Source of the DNA: Prochlorococcus marinus str. NATL2A
GTDB lineage: Bacteria > Cyanobacteriota > Cyanobacteriia > PCC-6307 > Cyanobiaceae
DNA: 32,000 nt
NCBI RefSeq assembly: GCF_000012465.1
Contig: NC_007335.2
Span: 1,290,001-1,322,000 of the forward strand
Direction: 5' to 3'
The translations under genes were made by a program, and so were the position numbers. Below, in pieces: positions 7,834 through 16,570 of this stretch (its first letter is position 1; each line of letters starts with the position of its first letter). A model generated the notes under the pieces. That model saw nothing but the letters and a program-made list of their open reading frames with translations, did no database searches and was not told the DNA's origin.

Positions 7834-8280
7834 ATGGAATTCGGATTTAAAGAAATTCTTTTTGGGTTGGCGGGTGTAAGCATGATTGCTTGGGCCGGAG
7901 TAATAGGCCTCTGGCATACTTATATGTTCCCAAGATTCTTCAGAGAAGATACAAGTCGACTCAATTCCGCTTCTTCAGCAACTTCAGTCATCTCAGAAGC
8001 TCAGTCAGCCCCTGAGAACAATAGTCCCAACAAGCCTTGGTTCCTTGATGACGAAGGTGGCACTCTTACACCTAAGACAGCAATGGGAGCAATAGGTCTT
8101 AGCGATAGAGGAAAATACAGCAAGAAATCTTTTGTAGTTGCTGATTTCAATCCTGTTGAAGCTGGTTATGGAGTTAATAGGCTTTACACTTCGGTTTTAA
8201 TTGGCTTGGCTATCAGTACATTTGTAATAATTTCCTTTGGACTTCAAAGTGGATTCGGAATGATGGGACCAAACTTATAA
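7834..8280 (+). CDS. hypothetical membrane protein
   Basis: 148 aa. TM at the N-terminus (ILFGLAGVSMIAWAGVIGLW) and at the C-terminus (VLIGLAISTFVIISFGL), with a Ser/Pro-rich linker. Confidence 0.6.
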   Translation: MEFGFKEILFGLAGVSMIAWAGVIGLWHTYMFPRFFREDTSRLNSASSATSVISEAQSAPENNSPNKPWFLDDEGGTLTPKTAMGAIGLSDRGKYSKKSFVVADFNPVEAGYGVNRLYTSVLIGLAISTFVIISFGLQSGFGMMGPNL

Positions 8281-8603
8281 ACCATCTGAATTGAAAAAAG
8301 ACAGCAATAGTAAGCAAAATTTAATTTTTCTAAGTACATAAGAGCCTTAAGTACAACCAATACAAATGTTTTCAGATAAAGATCTTTAATAACGTCCTTT
8401 TTGAATAATTTTCAAATCTTTTCTTTAAAGTTAATTAAAAATCGATAGGAATTTATCTTTTGTTCTAATACTTTTGAAGATTTTTCCTTTAAAAGCCTTT
8501 TGAGCACTAGATTTAAGAATCGTAATAGAGATGAAGAAGAATATGAGAAATTAATTTTCTAGAGAGAAAAGCAATAAATATTGACTTATTTATGTATCAA
8601 AAA

Positions 8604-8613
8604 TCAATATTGA
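8604..8613. promoter_or_regulatory. perfect palindrome tcaatattga upstream of isiB (candidate Fur-type operator)
   Basis: The 10-bp perfect palindrome lies about 85-95 nt upstream of the probable isiB ATG at 8697. A TTGACT hexamer sits at 8581-8586. AT-rich context, so specificity is low. Confidence 0.2.
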
Positions 8614-8696
8614 ATAGACAAGAAAATTTAAAAAAAACCAAATTCACTCTAAATGTGCAAAGCTGCTTTAAAATATTCTTGATTTTAAATTGCTCC

Positions 8697-9212
8697 ATGA
8701 CTGTAGGAATCTACTTCGCTACAACAACAGGTAAAACCGAAGATATAGCTGAACGGCTGCACGGATTACTTGACTCTGCTGAAGGTCCAAAGGATATTTC
8801 AGACGTCGATGACCTTAGTGAATTAGCTGGACATGATGGGGTTATTTGTGGCATCCCCACATGGAACACCGGTGCTGACTCTGAGAGATCAGGAACTGCT
8901 TGGGACTCAATCCTTGAAGACATTGGGGAGCTAGATCTCAGTGGTAAGAAAGTTGCAATTTTTGGTTTAGGAGATTCTTCTACTTACACCGAAAACTATT
9001 GCGATGCAATGGAAGAGCTTCATAGATACTTCCAGCAAGCAGGTGCTTCAATGGTTGGATACACTGCAAAGACTGATTACACTTTTGACGAGTCAAAAAG
9101 TGTAGTTGGAGAAGAATTCTGTGGGTTACCTCTTGACGAAGACAGTGAATCAGACATGACTGACGAAAGGCTTTCTGGATGGGCTGAAAAACTAAAAGGC
9201 GAAATGTTCTAA
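8697..9212 (+). CDS. isiB: flavodoxin (long-chain)
   Basis: Starts MTVGIYFATTTGKTEDIAERL, containing the FMN phosphate loop T-T-G-K-T. About 171 aa from this internal Met. The track's 8592 start adds 35 non-flavodoxin-like residues. A terminator follows the stop codon. Confidence 0.9.
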   Translation: MTVGIYFATTTGKTEDIAERLHGLLDSAEGPKDISDVDDLSELAGHDGVICGIPTWNTGADSERSGTAWDSILEDIGELDLSGKKVAIFGLGDSSTYTENYCDAMEELHRYFQQAGASMVGYTAKTDYTFDESKSVVGEEFCGLPLDEDSESDMTDERLSGWAEKLKGEMF

Positions 9213-9233
9213 GCCTTAAACATAAACTGATAG

Positions 9234-9268
9234 ATCTTCCTAGGTAATTGCTTAGGAAGATTTTTTTT
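9234..9268 (+). terminator. rho-independent terminator of isiB
   Basis: atcttccta (9234-9242) pairs with taggaagat (9253-9261) across a 10-nt loop, followed by a T8 run ending at 9268. Confidence 0.75.
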
Positions 9269-9353
9269 GTTCATTTTTTATTAGATTAAAAATTCAGAAA
9301 AGTTAAATTAAAAATATCCCTAAAAAAGTCATTTTCTGAAGCTATTCAAGAAA

Positions 9354-9632
9354 ATGCCCCAAAGAGCCCGACGATATCTTAATGTTTTCTTTATGAACTC
9401 AAATAATTGCTCAGGACAAAACGTTTCTATAAACGTAAATCTCTCTTTAAAAAATGAGACTTTGCGAATTTTGGTAGAGATGTCAAATGATATGGGAGCA
9501 AGTCTTGAGGATGTAATAAGCTCGATAACTGAAGATTCGGTAATTGATTTAGAGAGGCTTCAGGATGATCTAGGCATTGTTATTATCCCTGAAAGATGTA
9601 GCAAACAAGATTTAATAAATTCGATTCAATAG
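9354..9632 (+). CDS. hypothetical protein
   Basis: 92-aa ORF with several internal Met alternatives and an acidic C-terminal half. No family recognised. Confidence 0.4.
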   Translation: MPQRARRYLNVFFMNSNNCSGQNVSINVNLSLKNETLRILVEMSNDMGASLEDVISSITEDSVIDLERLQDDLGIVIIPERCSKQDLINSIQ

Positions 9633-9646
9633 ATATTTGACGTTTT

Positions 9647-11485
9647 TTAAAATCTCTCTGGTCTAGGATTTTTCCAAGTAGAACTAACACCATCTGTTTT
9701 CAAATATTTAGCTCGTCTTTCAATAATTTCTCTATCAAGTCTCCAAACGCTATAAACACCAAAATTACCTAAGACTTCTGGATTAAGTCCTTGCCAATAA
9801 GATTTTTCCACTGATCTTTTATCAATAAGTAAAAGAGTAGTTTGTGATCCATTGGATCCATATATTGGCATTCCTTTCCAGCCTCTTCTCTTCTCATTTT
9901 TAAGTCGATCTGAAACATTTACAAAAGCATTTTTAGATCTACCTTCAAAAACAATGACTTGATTAGTATAAAAATGAATTGAGGGTTTCATAGCTCCTAC
10001 CATTACTAAAGGCTCGTTTCTATTTTGGGAATTTAAAAGTAATTCTGATGCTTGTCTTAATGGGAGTTGTCTTAACCTATCTGCCAAATCAAAAGTTGGT
10101 AAGACAATCAGGAAATGAGATAAAACTAAAGGGATTTGCAAAATTAATAGTTTTCCATATATTTTTCTCGATGAAAATATGATTCCTAGAACAGCAATTA
10201 AAAGAAAAATAAATCCAGCTTTTTCAATTAAAAAGCTATTGTTTAATTCCTCTGAGAAGTTTGGAATCTCAGGATCATTAAGAAGCTGAATCCATAGCTT
10301 TGAAGAGAAAAGAAATATAGAAAAGAGTATTGATAAAAATATTGTAAATTTCCAAGCTAAAGATTTTAAAAATTCCTCTTTAACATTATTAGTTAAGGAA
10401 AGTGATATTAAAACTGATGCTGCAGGAGTAGCAGGAAGCCAATAGCTCGGTAGCTTCGTAGCTGAAATAGTAAAGAACACAAATACAGCTATTAACCAAA
10501 AAAATGAAAACTCAAATAATGACTTTTCTGGTCTTTTTATAACTCTTCTAGACCATTTAGTTACATTGTAAAAATTCTTCCAAATACTTATTAATAAAAA
10601 TGGAGTAAATGGCAAAGAAGCTATACATAATACTGTTAAAAAAAACCACCAAGGCTCCCCATGAGAATTTACTACTGAGGTAAATCTTTGAAGATTATGA
10701 TACCCAAAAAAACTATCTAAAAAGGGTTTTCCCTCGATTAATAATTCAATTAAATACCAAGGAAAACTAATAATAAAGACAAGAAAAAGTCCAGGAATTA
10801 CCCTCAATATTTTTAAAATTCCTAAAGGCTTATTTTGAAAAAAGGCAAAAAATAATATTGTTAATCCTGATAAAACCAATGCTACAGGACCTTTAGTTAA
10901 AACTGCAAATGACAAAAAAATCCAAGACAACCACCAAACTTCTCCTTCTGGATTAGCGAATCTTCTCCATTTAAGAAGCAAACAAATTCCAAGAGTGCTG
11001 CAAAGGAGTGCATCACTTACGGCAATTCTTCCCCAAATTATTACCAAAGGCGACAACGCAAATACCACTGCAGTAATAACTGCAGTCCTTCTATTGAAAT
11101 TATTTTCTTCTTGGGGATATTTCATCATTGTGTCCCCTAAAACAAGCATTAAAAAAATTGTTGATAATGCAGAAGGAAGCCTGGCAGCCCATGTACCTAA
11201 AGGGTCCCAAGAATTATTTCCTGGGATCGAAAATCCCAGTCCCATTAACCAATAGACCAAAGGTGGCTTGTCAAATCGAGGTAATCCATTTACTTGAGGA
11301 GTAAACCAATTACCCGTTTCTGCCATTGCTCTACTGGCTGCCGCAAACAAAGGTGGTGTTTCATCAACCAAACCTGTTTTCCCTAATTGCCAAACAAAAA
11401 TTATTAATCCAATAAATAAAATACAAAGAAGACCACGTCTTCTTTGTATTAAAGTTGGGTAAAAAGATTTAGTTAAACTTTTCAA
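9647..11485 (-). CDS. GT-C fold glycosyltransferase, family 39 (ArnT/PMT-like)
   Basis: 612 aa with more than 10 TM helices. First-loop acidic motif GLVDETPPLF, then RFDKPPLVYWL, as in ArnT/PMT_2 proteins. The TTG start abuts the stop of the upstream gene (taattg). Confidence 0.85.
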   Translation of the reverse strand: MKSLTKSFYPTLIQRRRGLLCILFIGLIIFVWQLGKTGLVDETPPLFAAASRAMAETGNWFTPQVNGLPRFDKPPLVYWLMGLGFSIPGNNSWDPLGTWAARLPSALSTIFLMLVLGDTMMKYPQEENNFNRRTAVITAVVFALSPLVIIWGRIAVSDALLCSTLGICLLLKWRRFANPEGEVWWLSWIFLSFAVLTKGPVALVLSGLTILFFAFFQNKPLGILKILRVIPGLFLVFIISFPWYLIELLIEGKPFLDSFFGYHNLQRFTSVVNSHGEPWWFFLTVLCIASLPFTPFLLISIWKNFYNVTKWSRRVIKRPEKSLFEFSFFWLIAVFVFFTISATKLPSYWLPATPAASVLISLSLTNNVKEEFLKSLAWKFTIFLSILFSIFLFSSKLWIQLLNDPEIPNFSEELNNSFLIEKAGFIFLLIAVLGIIFSSRKIYGKLLILQIPLVLSHFLIVLPTFDLADRLRQLPLRQASELLLNSQNRNEPLVMVGAMKPSIHFYTNQVIVFEGRSKNAFVNVSDRLKNEKRRGWKGMPIYGSNGSQTTLLLIDKRSVEKSYWQGLNPEVLGNFGVYSVWRLDREIIERRAKYLKTDGVSSTWKNPRPERF

Positions 11486-12595
11486 TTAATCTTGCAAGTC
11501 TGCTGAGATTTTCTTATTTAAGCCTTTATGAAGCCAATTCTCCACTCTTTCTGCAAAGACTTTGCTGGTGGCTTTTTTTTCAAACCAAGCTCTACAATTT
11601 TTTCTTTTGATTTCTGAGATTGATTTTGTTGCTTTTATCAAACCTTCAATATCATTGGGCTTAACCAAAAAGCCATTGAATCCATCTTCGATCAATTCGC
11701 CTGGTCCTCCCAAATCATATGCAATTACAGGAACACCACAAGCCATCGCTTCAACAATAACATTGCCGTAGGCTTCATTCCATTTGGGCGTGTTTATTAA
11801 CGCTCTGCATCGTCCAAGTTGTTCCTGAAATTTATTCGTTGGAAGAAATCCTTTCCACTCAACAATTTCGTTTGTGAAGGTATTTTCAATTTTTGATGCA
11901 TATTCTTTATCTTCTATGAGTCCCCAAACTAATAATTTTTCACCCAAATCATTCGCAACTTTTACTGCATCTTCTAAACCTTTCTCTGGCGCTATTCTTC
12001 CAGCCCAACCTAATGGTCCATTCTCCATTTCATTGAATAAATAATCATCCGTATCAAAACCATTTCCAACGATAATTGGATCAGTTTTTAAAGAATAATC
12101 TTTAGATTGTCTTTTAGTATGAAAAGCCAGACGAAAAGGAAATAATTCACTTATTTCACTAATAGTTTCTTTCATTACTATTGATTCAGCGCCCATACTA
12201 ATTAAGTGAAATATTTTAATTGATTGTGTTTTTGTTAACCATAATGGAAGCCAATCATATGCAAAATTAATAACTGCGTCGGATTTATTTGCGATATCAA
12301 TTACCTCTTCCCATAAATTTGGTAAGACACTTTTAGAAGGAATTAAAACTGGATCTTTTCTATCCTGATGCTGCCAACTAGGTTGATCAACTCCATCTAT
12401 TAATCTTATTTCAAGCAACTCACTTTCGAAAGGTAATTTTGATCCTTTTGGTGCAATTAAAATAATTTTATGACCTAATGAAATTAATCCTTTTATAAGA
12501 GAAACAATAGTAAGTTCAACTCCTCCGCCTTTGCCACTGCCCAGATAACCTATAGGTGTACTTACAAGAATAAGTTTTAATTGCTTTTTTATCAC
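11486..12595 (-). CDS. GT-B glycosyltransferase, family 4 type
   Basis: 369 aa. C-terminal E-x7-E region EAYGNVIVEAMACGVPVIAYDLGGPGELI. The N-terminal GGVE motif is typical of GT4. Confidence 0.85.
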   Translation of the reverse strand: MIKKQLKLILVSTPIGYLGSGKGGGVELTIVSLIKGLISLGHKIILIAPKGSKLPFESELLEIRLIDGVDQPSWQHQDRKDPVLIPSKSVLPNLWEEVIDIANKSDAVINFAYDWLPLWLTKTQSIKIFHLISMGAESIVMKETISEISELFPFRLAFHTKRQSKDYSLKTDPIIVGNGFDTDDYLFNEMENGPLGWAGRIAPEKGLEDAVKVANDLGEKLLVWGLIEDKEYASKIENTFTNEIVEWKGFLPTNKFQEQLGRCRALINTPKWNEAYGNVIVEAMACGVPVIAYDLGGPGELIEDGFNGFLVKPNDIEGLIKATKSISEIKRKNCRAWFEKKATSKVFAERVENWLHKGLNKKISADLQD

Positions 12596-12600
12596 TTAAA

Positions 12601-13584
12601 CTAAGCCTCTTTTATTAATTCATTATCACTTTTATTCCCCCAGAATCTTCGTCTCTGACTTACAAATAGTACTGATATTAAAACCAAAACTACTCCAATC
12701 CACTGAAGGAGAAAAAGTCTCTCCCCTAACCAAATCCCGCCAGTAATCAAGGCAAATACAGGCGTTAAAAATGCAAGGGTGCTAAAGCTTGTTAATTCTT
12801 TTCGACTTGCAAACCAAAAAAATAATCCATAGGCCAATGCGCTACCAAACAAACTTGAATAAGACATCAAAGTCCATTCAAAAGCAGACCAGTCTGGAAA
12901 CAATGGCCAGTTTTTATCGAAAACATGCCAAACGATAAGAGGAACACTTCCTAGAACCATGTGCCATCCAGTTACAGCAACAGGATCACTTTTTCTACAA
13001 GCAAATCGAATAAGCACCGTCCCTAAAGCCATCGAGGTTGCTGCGCATATCATCCATACTTCTCCATGGCTTAAAAAATTACTTCCTGATTCAAAGTTGC
13101 CAAGTAAAAACCAATTTCCTAGTAATTCAGTAGGGACTCCAAGACAAATTATTCCAACCAAGCCAAGCACCAAGCCAATCCATCCAATTGGATTAATTGC
13201 ATCTCCAAACAGAATTCTTGCTAACAAAGCAACCATCAAAGGTTGGGAATCTATAAGAACAGAACCCAATCCTGCGCCAGTTTCCATTAACCCTTTGGCT
13301 AGAAAAATCTGAAAAAGGGTTGCGTCAATCAAAGTAAATACTAAAAACCACACCAAATCATCTTTTGAAATATTCCAACTCCTCTTCAAGAAAGGAACTG
13401 AAGCTAAAACTACTAGACCAGCAGGCAAAAGCCTTAGTGAGGCTACAATCTCAGGTCCCGCGGCATTAACCAAAGGTGCCATCGCCGCCATTGAGGTCCC
13501 CCAAAGAGCGAAGGGCAAAATCATCAAAAACCAATTCCAAATGACAAACATAAGGTCAGAAAGCAATCTCCTTTTTAAGATCAA
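12601..13584 (-). CDS. EamA/DMT-superfamily transporter (10 TM)
   Basis: 327 aa built from two EamA-like halves of hydrophobic helices. The track start is TTG; the ATG at 13551 (MFVIWNW...) is an alternative. Confidence 0.8.
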   Translation of the reverse strand: MILKRRLLSDLMFVIWNWFLMILPFALWGTSMAAMAPLVNAAGPEIVASLRLLPAGLVVLASVPFLKRSWNISKDDLVWFLVFTLIDATLFQIFLAKGLMETGAGLGSVLIDSQPLMVALLARILFGDAINPIGWIGLVLGLVGIICLGVPTELLGNWFLLGNFESGSNFLSHGEVWMICAATSMALGTVLIRFACRKSDPVAVTGWHMVLGSVPLIVWHVFDKNWPLFPDWSAFEWTLMSYSSLFGSALAYGLFFWFASRKELTSFSTLAFLTPVFALITGGIWLGERLFLLQWIGVVLVLISVLFVSQRRRFWGNKSDNELIKEA

Positions 13585-13605
13585 TAAAGTTATGCATAAA
13601 TTTGA

Positions 13606-14415
13606 ATGATTTGGCCCTTGAGACGAAAATCCAAAAAGAGGATGGCACGAATCTGTATTGAAGGTCCTATCAATTCAGAAACTCGAAAAATTGTTCTAAA
13701 AGCATTAAAGCAAATTGAGGAAAGAGAGTTTCCAGCCCTATTACTTCGCATTGATAGCCCTGGGGGAACAGTTGGTGATAGCCAAGAAATCCATAGTGCT
13801 CTCTTGAGGCTAAGAGAGAAAGGTTGTCACGTTGTAGCTAGTTTTGGCAATATCTCAGCTTCAGGTGGAGTCTATATAGGTGTAGGTGCTGAAAAAATTG
13901 TTGCAAACCCAGGAACAATAACAGGATCTATTGGTGTGATTTTAAGAGGAAACAACCTATCTAAGTTATTAGAAAAGGTTGGTATTAAATTCGAGACTGT
14001 AAAAAGTGGAATCTATAAAGACATTCTTTCCCCTGATCGCCCTTTATCAACAGAAGAGAGAGCTCTTCTACAATCATTAATTGATAGCAGTTACGAACAA
14101 TTTGTTTTAGCAGTTTCAAAAGGAAGAAATTTAACCCCAGAAGTGGTTAAGAGCTTTGCCGATGGAAGAGTTTTTACTGGAGAGCAAGCTAAAGAATTTG
14201 GGCTGGTAGATGAAATAGGTGATGAGAATGATGCAAAACTACTTGCTATAAAAATTGCAAACCTAGATGAAAAAACAAAACCCATAACATTTGGTAAAAC
14301 CAAAAAGAAATTATTAGGGTTTTTACCTGGAGGGAAAATAATCCACAATCTTGTAAATGCATTAAACCTTGAGTTGGAGGGGAATGGTCAGATCCTTTGG
14401 CTCTTTAAGCCATGA
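13606..14415 (+). CDS. sppA: signal peptide peptidase SppA, 36K type
   Basis: 269 aa. Motifs IDSPGGTV, the ISASGGVYI serine nucleophile context and GSIGV. The start could instead be the internal MARICIEGPI. Confidence 0.9.
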   Translation: MIWPLRRKSKKRMARICIEGPINSETRKIVLKALKQIEEREFPALLLRIDSPGGTVGDSQEIHSALLRLREKGCHVVASFGNISASGGVYIGVGAEKIVANPGTITGSIGVILRGNNLSKLLEKVGIKFETVKSGIYKDILSPDRPLSTEERALLQSLIDSSYEQFVLAVSKGRNLTPEVVKSFADGRVFTGEQAKEFGLVDEIGDENDAKLLAIKIANLDEKTKPITFGKTKKKLLGFLPGGKIIHNLVNALNLELEGNGQILWLFKP

Positions 14416-14789
14416 ATTGTCAAAATGAATTGACTTATCTGTGTGCATTGAGGGGGGCAACGACTTGTGAAAACAATTCTGTTGAGTCAATCACTTCTGC
14501 GGTAGAGGAATTGTTAGTTGAATTAGTTTCTAGAAATAATTTGATCCCAGATCAAATTATTTCTATTACTTTCTCCGTAACATCAGACTTAGATGCTTGT
14601 TTCCCCGCTTCTATTGCTAGAAAAAACACTGGCTGGGAAAAAATCGCACTTTTAGACTGCCAGCAAATGTTTGTTAAAGACGACTTACCAAAATGTATTC
14701 GTCTACTTGCTTATGTTTCTTTACCAAACGAGCAAATACCTAAAAATCCTTATCTTGGGAAAGCAAAAAATTTGCGTCCAGACAGATAA
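14412..14789 (+). CDS. aroH: chorismate mutase, AroH class
   Basis: 125 aa. N-terminal LRGATT motif characteristic of AroH-type chorismate mutases. ATGA overlap with sppA. Confidence 0.85.
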   Translation: MNCQNELTYLCALRGATTCENNSVESITSAVEELLVELVSRNNLIPDQIISITFSVTSDLDACFPASIARKNTGWEKIALLDCQQMFVKDDLPKCIRLLAYVSLPNEQIPKNPYLGKAKNLRPDR

Positions 14790-14886
14790 ATCAAGATTTT
14801 TTTCCAACAACCATTTATATTCATTCAAGATCATGCAAATGCACTTGAAAACTTTCAAGTGATTTATATTTCTAAAACTTCAAGTT

Positions 14887-15462
14887 ATGTTCAAGAAAAA
14901 ATTATTATCAGCTATCAAGAAAAGTTTTTTTATTGGATTTTCAGCTTTTTTATTTGGAACAGGGTCTTCTATTTTAGCTCCACGAACTTCGGCATCCCCA
15001 GGTTTCTTTGAATACCAATGGGATCCAGAACCTGGATATAAAAGACTTAAATATTATCAATCATCCTCTGAAAGGAATGAAAGATCTACTTATTACTTTT
15101 TCCTTAGAGGGAAAGATAGAAAAGAAGATATTAAAAAATTAACGATTGCAATTCCTGATTATTTCAAAGCAACAATCAAGACAAAAAAATTAAATCTCTG
15201 CAAAGTAAAGGTCGGTGGATATACAGAAAGGACTCGTTGTTTAGAAAACATTCCTTCTCTGATTGAAGTTAATGATAAACAAACTATTATTGATATCTTT
15301 CCAGAAAAACCGATTCCTTTTAATAAGGATAATTACGCCGTAGTAATGAAAATTTTCAATCCCAGAAAAAGAGGTATGTTTCAATTCCGAGCGCTATCAC
15401 AAAACGCAGATGAAATTCCAATCTCAACATATTTAGGGACTTGGAACATAGACGTACAGTGA
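14887..15462 (+). CDS. secreted conserved hypothetical protein (possibly DUF2808-type; family uncertain)
   Basis: 191 aa with a signal-like N-terminus (FFIGFSAFLFGTGSSILA). Position upstream of rpmH is typical for cyanobacteria. Confidence 0.6.
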   Translation: MFKKKLLSAIKKSFFIGFSAFLFGTGSSILAPRTSASPGFFEYQWDPEPGYKRLKYYQSSSERNERSTYYFFLRGKDRKEDIKKLTIAIPDYFKATIKTKKLNLCKVKVGGYTERTRCLENIPSLIEVNDKQTIIDIFPEKPIPFNKDNYAVVMKIFNPRKRGMFQFRALSQNADEIPISTYLGTWNIDVQ

Positions 15463-15509
15463 ACTGATAAATTAACCTTTGTATTTATCCAATAAGAGCA
15501 TAAATAGAA

Positions 15510-15647
15510 ATGACTAAAAGGACCTTTGGAGGAACCAGTAGAAAAAGGAAAAGAGTTTCTGGTTTCAGAGTGAGAATGAGATCTCATACTGGAAGGAGAG
15601 TTGTAAGAACACGTAGAAAACGTGGAAGATCGCGCTTAACTGTCTAA
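15510..15647 (+). CDS. rpmH: 50S ribosomal protein L34
   Basis: Own translation: [45 protein letters not shown] (45 aa), a canonical L34. Missing from the ORF track because it is short. Sits upstream of rnpA as usual. Confidence 0.95.
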   Translation: MTKRTFGGTSRKRKRVSGFRVRMRSHTGRRVVRTRRKRGRSRLTV

Positions 15648-15692
15648 AAGAAAATTCTCAAATAAAGATACTTACAACAAAAGTTTCTTCTA

Positions 15693-16079
15693 ATGGTTTT
15701 GCCAAAACATATGAGACTCAAAGGTCATAGATGTTTTGACTTCATCTATAAAGAGGGTTCAAGGTTCTACAGCTCCTCAATGGTTCTTAGAGTTACAGAC
15801 GCAAATAAAAAGCCTCAAGTCAAAGGGAAACAATCAAAAACAAGGCATTCTATAAAATGTGCCATATCCATAAGCAATAAAGTAAGCAAAAAATCAGTTA
15901 CAAGAAATAAGCTTCGACGGTTATTCCACCATCATTTGTCATTAAGACTTTCTAATATGGCCTGTGATAATGAGATTTGGGCTTTTATTTCTTTAAAGCC
16001 TTCTTGCATGAAAAATCCCGACAGCACTTTGCTTAAGGAGTGTGACAAACTACTCACTAAGGCTGGAATAACAAAATGA
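15693..16079 (+). CDS. rnpA: ribonuclease P protein component
   Basis: 128 aa and very basic. RNR-type motif VSKKSVTRNKLRRL. Conserved rpmH-rnpA-yidC context. Confidence 0.85.
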   Translation: MVLPKHMRLKGHRCFDFIYKEGSRFYSSSMVLRVTDANKKPQVKGKQSKTRHSIKCAISISNKVSKKSVTRNKLRRLFHHHLSLRLSNMACDNEIWAFISLKPSCMKNPDSTLLKECDKLLTKAGITK

Positions 16080-16486
16080 CAATTAGTCCCAACGAAGACA
16101 TTTTTTACGAAGGTGGTCCTGCCAGCAGCGACCTAATAATAAATTTAATTGCTGGGATAACACTTATTGGTCTTCCTTTTACTTTTGGAGCCTTAGTTAG
16201 AGCCCTTTGGGTTAGATACAAAATAACGACTCGTAGAATATCCGTTACTGGTGGATGGCTAGGTAGGGATAAAACTCAAGTTGTTTACAGTCAAATCTCT
16301 GAGATCAGAGCCATTCCAAGAGGTCTAGGATCTTATGGTGATATGGTTCTAGTCCTCAAAGATGGGGCTCGCCTTGAGATGAGATCGCTTCCAAATTTTA
16401 GGGAAACAGAATCCTACATCCTTGAAAAAATAGAAAAATCACCCGCTAATAAGCCTGATAATGAGGTTCAAGGCTTTTCAAACTAA
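16076..16486 (+). CDS. membrane protein with bacterial PH (YdbS/YdbT-like) domain
   Basis: 136 aa. Hydrophobic hairpin (LIINLIAGITLIGLPFTFGALVRALWV) followed by YKITTRRISV...V.YS.I, typical of bPH_2. ATGA overlap with rnpA. Confidence 0.7.
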   Translation: MTISPNEDIFYEGGPASSDLIINLIAGITLIGLPFTFGALVRALWVRYKITTRRISVTGGWLGRDKTQVVYSQISEIRAIPRGLGSYGDMVLVLKDGARLEMRSLPNFRETESYILEKIEKSPANKPDNEVQGFSN

Positions 16487-16570
16487 TGAGCCCTCACAAA
16501 CATGTGAGACAAGAACACATCTTCTAAGGCAAACTGGCCTAACAACCTTAAACTTTCTACCTTTAAAACC

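Noticed and set aside
8592-8696. 35-codon N-terminal extension of flavodoxin suggested by the ORF track
   Set aside because: Flavodoxins begin a few residues before the T-x-T-G-x-T loop. The extension (MYQKSILNRQENLKK...) is AT-rich filler and would bury the FMN loop behind a non-homologous leader.
14671-15587. ORFs 14671-14862(+) and 15381-15587(-)
   Set aside because: The first is out of frame over the end of aroH and runs into the spacer. The second is antisense to rpmH and the end of the upstream gene. Neither has features.
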